DNA from: an uncultured Gemmatimonadaceae bacterium
GTDB taxonomy: Bacteria > Gemmatimonadota > Gemmatimonadetes > Gemmatimonadales > Gemmatimonadaceae
DNA: 64,000 nt
NCBI GenBank assembly: GCA_963781585.1
Contig: CAWAGQ010000010.1
Span: forward strand, 64,001-128,000
Direction of reading: 5' to 3'
A program made the position numbers and the translations under genes. This document shows positions 40,102 through 49,008 of this stretch, piece after piece; within the stretch, counting starts at the first letter, position 1, and each line of letters begins with the position of its first letter. The notes beneath the pieces were generated by a model, which saw nothing but the letters and a program-made list of their open reading frames with translations, was not told the origin of the DNA and did not search any database.

Positions 40102-40712
40102 TGCGGATCGGGCGCGTCGTCGCTGCCGTCGCGGCGTGGGGAGCCTTGTCGTCGTGTGGAGCGCGGGAGCAACACGCCGGAGGCGATTCCGGGCAGACGC
40201 AGGCACCGGCTCCGGCGGCGCCGCGCTACGGCCTGGGGACGGTCGCGACGCCCGCCGAAATCTCGGCGCTCGACATCGACGTGTCGCCGTCGGGCGAAGG
40301 CCTGCCACCGGGGCGTGGCGACGTGGCGTCCGGCGAGCGGCTCTATCGCGCCCAATGCGCGGTGTGTCACGGTGCCAGTGGCGAAGGGATCGCGCCCAAC
40401 CCGCCGCTCATCGGACGCGATCCGCGCTCCGGGTTTCCGTTCGCGACCAATGCCGCGCTGAAGCACACCATCGGTAACTACTGGCCGTACGCCACATCGC
40501 TTTTCGACTACGTCCGGCGGACCATGCCGCTGCTGACGCCGGGGACGCTGTCGAACGACGAGACTTACAGCCTCACCGCATTTCTGCTTGCGGCCAATGG
40601 CATCCTCGCTGCCGGCACCACGCTCGACTCGGCCTCCCTGGTCGCGGTGCGGATGCCGGCGCACGACCGCTTCGTCCCAGACAACCGGCGCGGCGGCCGC
40701 GAGATTCGTTAG
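40101..40712 (+). CDS. soxD: Monoheme cytochrome c (SoxD N-domain-like)
   Basis: CAVCH and TIGNYWPYATSLFDYVRRTMP; coupled to soxC (TGATG); possible lipobox LSSC. Confidence 0.8.
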   Translation: MRIGRVVAAVAAWGALSSCGAREQHAGGDSGQTQAPAPAAPRYGLGTVATPAEISALDIDVSPSGEGLPPGRGDVASGERLYRAQCAVCHGASGEGIAPNPPLIGRDPRSGFPFATNAALKHTIGNYWPYATSLFDYVRRTMPLLTPGTLSNDETYSLTAFLLAANGILAAGTTLDSASLVAVRMPAHDRFVPDNRRGGREIR

Positions 40713-40717
40713 GCGAG

Positions 40718-41725
40718 ATGCGGTTTCTCAACGTAGCACGCGACCGCGCCGGCTTCCTCATCCTGGTACTGGCGGCCGGCATCCTCTACCTCGTGGCGCC
40801 GTTCATCATGGGGCTGCTGGGTGCGGGCGTCCTGTACGCAGTGTGCGTCGGACCGTACCGCGTCATGCGCCGGCACCTGCATCCGGACCTGGCGGCTTCC
40901 CTCACGCTGATCGGCGCGGTCATCGGCATTGCGCTGCCGCTGGCCTGGCTGGTCAGCCTGGTCGTGGCCCAGGCGCCCGATATCCTGCGCGGCGCGCAGC
41001 AGAGCGATTTTCTGTCGCGGGTGTCGGCGCTGCGCGTCGGGGGACTGCACATCGGCGATCAGATCGCTCGTGCCAGCGGCACCGCGGCCGGATGGGTGTC
41101 ACGCCAGGCATTCAGCGTGTTGGGCAGTGCGACGCAGGCCGTCATCAATCTCTTCATCGCCTTTTTCGGGTTGTACTACCTCCTCCGCTCAGGCGATGAG
41201 CTGTGGACGTCGGTCCGTTCCTACATTCCTTTCTCCGCCGCGACGGCCGATGCGCTGCGGGTGCACTTCTTCAGCATCACCAGAGCCACTCTGCTCGGGA
41301 CGGCCGTCACGGCGCTGCTCCAGGGCAGCATCGTCGGCGCGGGATTCTGGATCGTCGGCCTGCCGCATCCCCTGTTCTGGGGAACGATGACCGGCTTCGC
41401 CTCGGTCCTGCCCGTGCTGGGCAGCGGACTCATCTGGCTCCCTGGAGTGCTGGTGCTTCTCGCAGACGCGCGCTTTGGCCGTGCCATCGTGCTGCTCGCC
41501 ATCGGGGGCGTGCTCGCCAGCAACATCGACAACTTCATCCGTCCGCTCGTCTACAAGCGCGTGTCAGGCATTCATCCGATGATCACGCTGCTCGGCGCGT
41601 TCGCCGGCGTGAAGTACTTCGGCCTGCCCGGTGTGTTGCTCGGGCCGCTGGCGATCACGTATCTGTTCGAGCTGATCGAGTTCTACCGCAAGGAGTACGG
41701 GGCCGCGACCGAAGCGGACGCTTGA
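40718..41725 (+). CDS. AI-2E family transporter
   Basis: Multiple TMs; LPVLGSGLIWLP, DNFIRP and GVLLGP. Confidence 0.9.
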   Translation: MRFLNVARDRAGFLILVLAAGILYLVAPFIMGLLGAGVLYAVCVGPYRVMRRHLHPDLAASLTLIGAVIGIALPLAWLVSLVVAQAPDILRGAQQSDFLSRVSALRVGGLHIGDQIARASGTAAGWVSRQAFSVLGSATQAVINLFIAFFGLYYLLRSGDELWTSVRSYIPFSAATADALRVHFFSITRATLLGTAVTALLQGSIVGAGFWIVGLPHPLFWGTMTGFASVLPVLGSGLIWLPGVLVLLADARFGRAIVLLAIGGVLASNIDNFIRPLVYKRVSGIHPMITLLGAFAGVKYFGLPGVLLGPLAITYLFELIEFYRKEYGAATEADA

Positions 41726-41757
41726 CGCACGACGGCCAGGCGGTGTGCCGGCAGTCG

Positions 41758-43761
41758 TCAGTCGCGACGCAGAAGCTGGAGAAAGTTCTCGGCCGAAACT
41801 GGCTCGGAGAACAGCGTGCCCTGTCCGTACTCGCACTTGAACCGGAGCAGCTCGGCAAGCTGATCCTCGCGTTCGATACCCTCAGCGACAGTGCGCAGCT
41901 GTTTCAGCCTGCCGAGCGCGATGATGGCGCGGGTCGCCGCGTGGTCCTCGGGCCGGCGCGTCACCTGGCTGATGAACGTGCGGTCGATCTTGAGGATGTC
42001 CACTGGAATGTCCGTCGGATCGCCGATGGTGGCGCTGCGCGAACCGTAGTCGTCGATCGCGAATCGGACGCCCATGGCGCGTACCTCGCGCAACCGTGCC
42101 AGCGCGTCGGTGACCGAGCGCGCCAGAGCGCTTTCGGTGATTTCCAGGACCAGACGATGCGCAGCGATCCCGGACTCGCGGACCGCGGTGGCCACGTCGG
42201 TGCTGAAGTCGGCGTGGAGCAGCTGGCGCGCCGTGATGTTGACGGTCACTGTGAGACTCCGCTCGGTCCCGATGACCTCCTGCCAGCTCCGCAGCTGCCG
42301 ACAGGCCTCGGTCAGGATCCACCGTCCCAGGGGGATGATCAGGCCCGTCTCTTCCGCCACCGGGATGAATGCCGCAGCCGGGATGAGACCGCGCTCGCGG
42401 TGATGCCAGCGTACCAGAGCCTCAACGCCGGCGATCCGTCGGCTGCGGAGCACGACGATCGGTTGATAGACCAGCGAGAAGTCACCCTGCTCGATGGCCC
42501 GTCGCAACTCATCCTCCAGGTGCCGGTGGCCAAGAGCCGCCGGGTGTACCTGCGGGTCGTAGAGTTCGCACGCGCCGCGTCCCCGGCGTTTGGCCGATCG
42601 CAGGGCGACATCGGCATTGCGCAGCAGGTCTTCGGGTCCCTCTTCAGGAATGGCGCTGGCAATGCCCATCGACGCGCTGGGCGTGAAGTCCTTTCCCCGC
42701 ACGGAGAGCGGTGCGGCAAAGAGCGACACGAGGCGCTGCGCGACCTGGACGAAGTTCCGTTCGTCCGACATGTCCTCGAGGAGAACCGCGAAGCGGGTGC
42801 CCTCGAGCCGCGCGGCGGAATCGGACGCTCGCAGGAATGTGCGCAACCGCGCGGCGGCGGCGGCGATCAGTTCCTCGAGTTCCTCATAGGTGGCGCGCAG
42901 GCCCCCCGATCGAAAGTCATCGAACTCCAGGAGTACCACCGCCAATGGCAGCTGATGCCGATGCGCGCGGGTGAGCGCGTGTTGCACCCGGTCGCTGAGC
43001 AGGGCGCGAGTACCGAGCCCGGTGAGCGCGTCGCGCAAGTCGGCCTCGTTCGGGATCTCGGCCAGGGACGGTCGCGTGAGCACCTCGCAGAGCGCGACGG
43101 CCATCCCCTGGATGCCCGGCTCATCGAGCAGGTTCGTGGCGTGGGCATCCACGGTCTTCCACCGGCCGTCGGCACAGCGCACGCGCCATCTCGGCCATGG
43201 GTGGGTCTCGCCACCGGCGGCGAGGTCAGTCAGGAACTCCTTCGCGCCCGCTATGTCGTCTTCGTGCAGAAGGGCCGTCAGGTATCTCCCCGTGAGCCGG
43301 GACGGCGCATGCCCCAGCACCCGCTCGGTCGAAGCGCTGGCCCGCGTGACCAGGCCGCCCTCATCCAGCAGCAGGACAGGATCCGAGAGCCGCTCGAACA
43401 GCGGCACTTCCATCGGCGGTGGGGTGGCCGGAGGTGGCGCAGGGGCCATTGGGACTGCGTCGAGCATCAGCGCTCGAGCGGAAATATCGGCCAGGGGCGG
43501 CACCGAGTGCGCCTCGGAAACAGTCTTGCGTGCCAGGATGACTGCGATCAGTGCTCCGGACAGCAGCAGTACGCCCGTGACAGCCAGCCGCGGGCGACCC
43601 AGGAACGCCGCCGACACAGCCAGGACGGCGCCGAGCATAAGGAGCACGGCGCCCGCGAGCGAGAACGGCCTGCGTTCGTTCGCTGGATTCAAGAGCGAGA
43701 GGAGGCTGGGCGCAGCACCTGGCGCCGCGCGGATGCGATCACGGGCGATCGAGACTATCAT
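41758..43761 (-). CDS. Membrane PAS-GGDEF-EAL protein with degenerate catalytic motifs
   Basis: GGDEF position reads RLEGTRF; EALVRW is present, but loop 6 reads DDYGSRSATI. Confidence 0.88.
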   Translation of the reverse strand: MIVSIARDRIRAAPGAAPSLLSLLNPANERRPFSLAGAVLLMLGAVLAVSAAFLGRPRLAVTGVLLLSGALIAVILARKTVSEAHSVPPLADISARALMLDAVPMAPAPPPATPPPMEVPLFERLSDPVLLLDEGGLVTRASASTERVLGHAPSRLTGRYLTALLHEDDIAGAKEFLTDLAAGGETHPWPRWRVRCADGRWKTVDAHATNLLDEPGIQGMAVALCEVLTRPSLAEIPNEADLRDALTGLGTRALLSDRVQHALTRAHRHQLPLAVVLLEFDDFRSGGLRATYEELEELIAAAAARLRTFLRASDSAARLEGTRFAVLLEDMSDERNFVQVAQRLVSLFAAPLSVRGKDFTPSASMGIASAIPEEGPEDLLRNADVALRSAKRRGRGACELYDPQVHPAALGHRHLEDELRRAIEQGDFSLVYQPIVVLRSRRIAGVEALVRWHHRERGLIPAAAFIPVAEETGLIIPLGRWILTEACRQLRSWQEVIGTERSLTVTVNITARQLLHADFSTDVATAVRESGIAAHRLVLEITESALARSVTDALARLREVRAMGVRFAIDDYGSRSATIGDPTDIPVDILKIDRTFISQVTRRPEDHAATRAIIALGRLKQLRTVAEGIEREDQLAELLRFKCEYGQGTLFSEPVSAENFLQLLRRD

Positions 43762-43989
43762 CTAGACGCGCCAAGTGCCTGAGGGTTGCGGATTTCCGCT
43801 TCTCCGACCGGCGAGGCAGCCGCTCTCTCCGCCGTGGTGAGGCGACTGGCCAGCGCCGGGCTCCTGGGGAGGCAAGTTGTGGTATAAGGCCCGGATCAAG
43901 CAGTACGGACGGAAGCGGCTCGCCAATGGCGTGCGCCAGGCTGGCCAGCTTGCCGAGCGTGGTCCTTGTGGCGACCAGCGTCATACGGC

Positions 43990-44985
43990 ATGAGCATTAT
44001 TCGTTTCGAATTTCAGAATCCGTGGGTGCTGTTCCTCCTGGCCGCCGTTCCCGCCTGGTGGTGGTGGCGTCGGCGAGGGCGAGGGGGGGCGCACGCGATC
44101 GTCTTTTCGCGCGTTCCGGTTCTTGCCCGTGGCCCGCGGGCCGGTCGCGCTCTGGCGCGCCTGCTGGTGGCACTGCGGACGGTAGTGGTTGCCGGCTTCG
44201 TGATCGCGCTGGCGCGGCCGCGGGCGGCGGGTCGCATGGAGCAGACCAACAGCGAAGGGATCAACATCGTCATCGCATTCGATATCTCGAGCTCGATGCT
44301 GGCGGAGGATTTTCAGCCGCAGAACAGGCTCGAGGTGGCGCGGGAACGCGTCAAGCAGTTCATCACGATGCGGAGCAGCGATCGTATCGGCGTTGTGGCA
44401 TTCTCCGGAGAAGCGCTCACCCAGGTTCCGCTGACCACCGACTATCCCGTGCTGCTCGCGGCGGTGGACAATCTGCAGCCCGGACAGCTTCAGGACGGTA
44501 CGGCGATCGGCACGGCGATCGCGACGGCGGCGAATCGTCTGCGGGACGCTCCCGGCCGTTCTCGGGTCATGGTCCTCCTGACCGACGGCGTGAACAATCG
44601 CGGGTCGATCGATCCGCGCACCGCTGCGCAGGCGGCGGCGGCATTCGGCATCAAGATCTACACGATTGGCGTGGGCACCGAGGGGATGGCGCCGGTCCCG
44701 GTTTCAAGCGGGCCGTTCGGGTTGCGCTACGAGAATCGCCCGGTGGAGATCGACGATGCGTTGCTGACTGAGATCGCGCAGAAGACAGGCGGGCGGTATT
44801 TCCGGGCGCGGGATGCAGAAGCGCTGACGCGGATAACCGAGGAGATCGACCGGCTGGAGCGGACGCCGGTTCGGACGCGCGTTTATACCCGCTACGCGGA
44901 GCTGTACCGGTGGCCGCTGGCGGTAGGGCTGCTGGCCCTGCTGGCCGAACTGGGATTGGCGGCGTGGCGCGGGCCGCTCCCGTGA
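43990..44985 (+). CDS. BatA-like VWA-domain membrane protein
   Basis: N-terminal FQNPWVLFLL, ALARP, MIDAS DISSSM, GTAIG, LLTDG and TGGRYFRA. Confidence 0.88.
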   Translation: MSIIRFEFQNPWVLFLLAAVPAWWWWRRRGRGGAHAIVFSRVPVLARGPRAGRALARLLVALRTVVVAGFVIALARPRAAGRMEQTNSEGINIVIAFDISSSMLAEDFQPQNRLEVARERVKQFITMRSSDRIGVVAFSGEALTQVPLTTDYPVLLAAVDNLQPGQLQDGTAIGTAIATAANRLRDAPGRSRVMVLLTDGVNNRGSIDPRTAAQAAAAFGIKIYTIGVGTEGMAPVPVSSGPFGLRYENRPVEIDDALLTEIAQKTGGRYFRARDAEALTRITEEIDRLERTPVRTRVYTRYAELYRWPLAVGLLALLAELGLAAWRGPLP

Positions 44986-45005
44986 CGATCCGCGATCCCC
45001 GCGCC

Positions 45006-46046
45006 CTACAGCATCCCCCCCCGTCGCAGAAACCAGAGCAGCCCGATGCCTAACGCGAGCTGCACCACCAGCATGATCTCGAATCCGATCGGGTTCTGGG
45101 ACAGCGGAATGCGGGTGAAGTTCATCCCCCACATGCCGCTCACGACCACGAACGGGACCGACAGCGTTGCCACCACGGTCAGTCCCTTGGTCACCAGCCC
45201 CAGCCGGTTCGACACCTGGGACAGATAGCTCTCGAGCGTGCTGCTGAGGAGTTCGCGAAAGGTGTCGAGCGAGTCGTTGATCCTCAGCACATGATCGTAG
45301 ATGTCGCGAAAATAGAGCTGGACGTCCTGGGTGAGGTACTGTGACGGCCGATTGGCGAGCACGTTGAAAATCTCTCGCTCCGGCGCAAGGTACCGGCGCA
45401 ACGACAACACCATGCGCTTCACCGAGAAGATATCGCGGAGCGCCGCCTCGTCGAAGCTCCGGAACACGCGATCCTCCAGGCTGTCGGTGAACTCATCGAG
45501 CCGGTCCAGAATCGGGAAGTACGCGTCCACCGCGTCGTCCATGACCTGATGGGCGAGCCGGGCGTGGCCGCGCGCCAGCACGTCCGGATTGCGCGTTGCC
45601 AGGTCCACCACCGTCTCGACATGGGGGCTGCGGCCGCTGTGCACGGTGACCAGGTAGTTGGCACCAAGGAAGAAGTAGAGGTTGCGCGTCTCGAGGTCGT
45701 AGGGATCGTCGGTCGTCGTGTCGAGACTCAATACGCGCAGGATGATGAACAGGTAGCCATCGTACTCCTCCACCTTGGCGCGGCTGTTCGGGTGCAGCAC
45801 GTCCTCGATGGCCAGCGGATGGAACCCGAACACCTTTTCGAGCAACGCGCCCTGTTGTCGTACCGAACTGTCGATGTCCACCCAGAGCTTGCCCGCGCCG
45901 CCTCGCACGCACTCCATCAGGTCCTTGAGCGAGAGATCGCGGGCCAGCGTGCCCTCGCCGCCGGCGGGGATGAAGAACGAGCGCGGCAGCTTAATCGCTG
46001 CCGCGGGCGGCGAGGCGCCCGGTTCCGGAGGAGTCGGCGTGGTCAC
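45006..46046 (-). CDS. corA: CorA-family Mg2+/Co2+ transporter
   Basis: HPLAIED, YFRDIYDH, GMN signature (WGMNF) and two C-terminal TMs. Confidence 0.9.
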   Translation of the reverse strand: MTTPTPPEPGASPPAAAIKLPRSFFIPAGGEGTLARDLSLKDLMECVRGGAGKLWVDIDSSVRQQGALLEKVFGFHPLAIEDVLHPNSRAKVEEYDGYLFIILRVLSLDTTTDDPYDLETRNLYFFLGANYLVTVHSGRSPHVETVVDLATRNPDVLARGHARLAHQVMDDAVDAYFPILDRLDEFTDSLEDRVFRSFDEAALRDIFSVKRMVLSLRRYLAPEREIFNVLANRPSQYLTQDVQLYFRDIYDHVLRINDSLDTFRELLSSTLESYLSQVSNRLGLVTKGLTVVATLSVPFVVVSGMWGMNFTRIPLSQNPIGFEIMLVVQLALGIGLLWFLRRGGML

Positions 46047-46162
46047 GAATCAGCGCATTGGAGTGCGTCCGCCATCTGCCCATTCTCCTCCTGTCGGATG
46101 CTTGACGTCGACGTCGCGGCTCGCGGACCCGCCGCCGCCGAGTGCGACGAACCCGATCCAGA

Positions 46163-47378
46163 CTAGAATCGAAACGCCACCTTCACGCTCCGCTCCGACC
46201 CCTTGGCGCGCGCCGTCTTCGAGCGCGCGCCGGTGGTCGGCGAGCGGGAAGGTGTGCGTGACCAGCGACCCGACCGGGGCACGGCCACTCGCGATGAGAT
46301 CCGCCGCTTCGACGAAGGCATGTCCGGCCGCACCACCGTGTCCCTGTACACCATAGGCGAGCGTACCGCGAATCGTCAGTTCCTTCAACCACAACGGCGT
46401 CCAGTCGAGCCCCCGGAGCGTGCTGGCGTTTCCGATCAGTACGATCGTGCCGCCGGCGCGCGTGCAGCGCAATGCATCCTCCATCGCGCGCACGCTGCTG
46501 ACGCACACATACGTGGCATCGAATCCGCCCACCCCGGCGGGCCGTCCGATGATTGCCGGGAGGAGGCGCGTACCGGCCAGCTCGGCCAGCGCGCCCAGGT
46601 AGTCCCCGCGTGCGACGAACGTACGATGCGCGCCGAGGCGCGAGGCCAGTTCGGCCTGGAAGGGATGGCGAGCCACCACCGTCACCTCGGCGCGAGCGAG
46701 CTGCGCCAGAGCGTACGTGAGCAGGAGGCCCATCGAGCCAGCCCCGATCACCGCTACGCGGGACGGGTCGTCGGTGCCGGCGGCCCGCATCGCGTGGATA
46801 CAGCAGGCCAGCGGTTCGACCAGGACCGCTTCTTCATCGCTGATGCTGTCGGGCACCGGTACCAGCTGCGACACGTGCGCCACGAACTCCTCGCCCCAGC
46901 TTCCGCCAAGCGACCGCGTCGTACCGATGAACAGTCCCGGCGGCAGCACACCGTCCGTGAAGTGGATGCACCGCGAGTGCATTCCGGCAGCGCAGGCATC
47001 GCAGACGGGGCGGATGGCGCGCGGCTCGCAGCAGAGCAGGGGGTTTACGACGACCCGTTGGCCCTCGGCGGTCCCGCGGACGGCGCGACCGGTTTCCACG
47101 ATCGTTCCGACGTTCTCGTGCCCCAGTACGAAGGGGAACGACGAGAACGGTGACGACGACGGGCTGGCCTCGAGCGCGACGATGCCCAGGTCGCTCCCGC
47201 AGATGCCGCCAAGCCGGGTTCGAATTCGCACCCAGTCGTCCCCGGGCAGTGCCGGCGATTCCATCTCGGCATATCGGGTGCAGGCGTGCGGCCCGACCGT
47301 CAGGGCTGGCGAGAGACGCCCGGCAGCCAGGGTAACCAGGTAGGTGGGAATCGGCGCTGCAAAGCGGATCGCCTTCAC
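46163..47378 (-). CDS. Zinc-dependent MDR-family dehydrogenase/reductase (probable +1 frameshift near 46217; as read, the ORF runs to 46050)
   Basis: GICGSD, GHE, structural-Zn Cys cluster (CC..CDAC..C) and GAGSMG. GTG start overlaps the kinase stop (GTGA). The typical ending SVKVAFRF lies in another frame. Confidence 0.85.
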
Positions 47379-48313
47379 GGCCCGGCAACCGGCGACTTGC
47401 CCTGCACCGGGCCGGCGCCGTTCCCTTCGGGCACTACCACCCGGAGCGCCTGACGGAGACACCCCAGCAGCAACTCGGCTGATTGGGCGCGCCGATACTC
47501 GCCGTCGGTCTCGTAGGCCGGCGGCGCGGCGAACCGGAGCGAGAAGGTGCGGGATCGTTCGATGGAGACCTCGGGGTATCCGGCGTGCGTGCCGCGTGTC
47601 GCGGCCACGAATAACCTCAGGCGCTGCAGCGGGCGCGCGTCGAGAAACGAGACGGCGTCGAGCGCGCCGTCGGTGATCGACGCGTCCGGGGCGATCCGGA
47701 ATGAACCGCCGAAGTTGCGTGCGTTGGCCACCACCAGCATCAGGTGGGGCTTCGGACCGCGCCACGCCGGTGATCCGATATCGATGTCGGTGGCGCGATA
47801 GCGCGCGATCTGGCGGAGCGCGGAGTAGATGTAGAGCGCGTCCCCGCGCAGCCAGCCGATGCGGGTGACGTCTTCCAGGACCGCGACGTCGAGGCCGAAG
47901 CCAGCGATGTTGAGAAAGTAGCGATCCTCGATGGTGCCGACGTCCACCCGCCGGTCGGGGCCCTCGACGGCGAGGCGGGCGCTGCGGGCGACGTCGTGGG
48001 CCGGCGCCCCAGCGGTCTTCGCGAAGTCGTTCCCGGTCCCGCTGGCGATGAGCGCCAGTCGGCAGTCGGCGCCAGCGCGGAGCACCGCGTTGGCGACATT
48101 GCTCCAAGTGCCGTCGCCGCCGACCGCCACCAGCGTCGTGCAGCCCTCGCCGATCGCCCGGCGCGCCACGGCTTCTTCCCGGAGCGCCGGCGTGGTGACC
48201 CGCAGATCATCGACGCCTAAAGCGGCGAAAGCCTCGCGCACCCGTGGCAACGCCCGCGCCCCGCTGCCCCGGCCCGACGCCGGGTTCACGATGACGCAGA
48301 TCCGCTCCGGCAT
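47375..48313 (-). CDS. Diacylglycerol/sphingosine kinase-family lipid kinase
   Basis: IVNPASG, GGDGT, GTGNDFA, FGGSFRIAP and DGE motifs. Confidence 0.92.
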   Translation of the reverse strand: MPERICVIVNPASGRGSGARALPRVREAFAALGVDDLRVTTPALREEAVARRAIGEGCTTLVAVGGDGTWSNVANAVLRAGADCRLALIASGTGNDFAKTAGAPAHDVARSARLAVEGPDRRVDVGTIEDRYFLNIAGFGLDVAVLEDVTRIGWLRGDALYIYSALRQIARYRATDIDIGSPAWRGPKPHLMLVVANARNFGGSFRIAPDASITDGALDAVSFLDARPLQRLRLFVAATRGTHAGYPEVSIERSRTFSLRFAAPPAYETDGEYRRAQSAELLLGCLRQALRVVVPEGNGAGPVQGKSPVAGP

Positions 48314-49008
48314 CAGGCCGAGGCCGGGACCAGCGTCTCGAGGGGGTAAAACGTCTGCAGCCCGTCGCGCATCCAGAGTTCACGAAACGGTGTGGTGTTG
48401 AGGCCGTCGGGTTCGATGGCCGCGGTGAACCGGTGCCCGTGCAGCTCGATCGCGCCCCGCTCCTCCTCATTCTCGCTGAACGGCGCCGCCATGATGATGG
48501 TCGCCATGTACGCGCCGGAATCATCCCGCATGAACGACTGGTATCGGTGCTCGACGTTCTCCCAGCTGTAGTCGGTGATCCGCATGTCGAGGATCGGCGA
48601 CCCCTCGTGCGATGCCGAGATGCCGATCTGATGGTCGCCGCGGTCGAGGGCGAGATCGATGTCGTTCATGAAATGCGGGAGGTGCCACCGTTCGATCGCG
48701 TGTTCCCGCGAGGCGCTGGTAGTGGTGCCCAGGAGAAACGGGTAGAACGCCGCGCGGGGGAGGGGCGAGCCGCGCCCGACGCGGGGCGCCACGTGCACCG
48801 AGAGAATCAACTCGCCGTATTCTCCCACCGGCGAGTCGTGAAAGTCGAACGCCATCACCGAGAGCACGCTCTGTCCATGATGTGGTTCCACCGGATACAG
48901 AAACCGGGGGAGAATCTGCACGGCATTGGCGGTGGGGAACTCGAAAAAGCCGCCGATGGCGTGGCGGAAGTGGTACTGCACCACGCCGTTGTCCGTCCTG
49001 GTGCTCAC
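48313..49008 (-). CDS. Acetoacetate-decarboxylase-like fold protein (catalytic Lys apparently replaced)
   Basis: ILP..LYP and DSPVGEYGELILSV; the W-x-x-P-K motif reads ERWHLPH. Translationally coupled on both sides. Confidence 0.65.
   Translation of the reverse strand: MSTRTDNGVVQYHFRHAIGGFFEFPTANAVQILPRFLYPVEPHHGQSVLSVMAFDFHDSPVGEYGELILSVHVAPRVGRGSPLPRAAFYPFLLGTTTSASREHAIERWHLPHFMNDIDLALDRGDHQIGISASHEGSPILDMRITDYSWENVEHRYQSFMRDDSGAYMATIIMAAPFSENEEERGAIELHGHRFTAAIEPDGLNTTPFRELWMRDGLQTFYPLETLVPASA

Noticed and set aside
41203..43782. 859-aa plus-strand ORF and similar long ORFs (13919-16174 minus, 35429-37426 plus, 19074-20720 plus, 62482-63987 minus)
   Set aside because: These are antisense shadows of well-supported genes with no recognisable motifs, as expected at this GC content.
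46050..48107. 685-aa ORF as a kinase-dehydrogenase fusion
   Set aside because: The first ~240 aa are an off-frame overlap of the kinase gene; the MDR starts at GTG 47378, overlapping the kinase stop.
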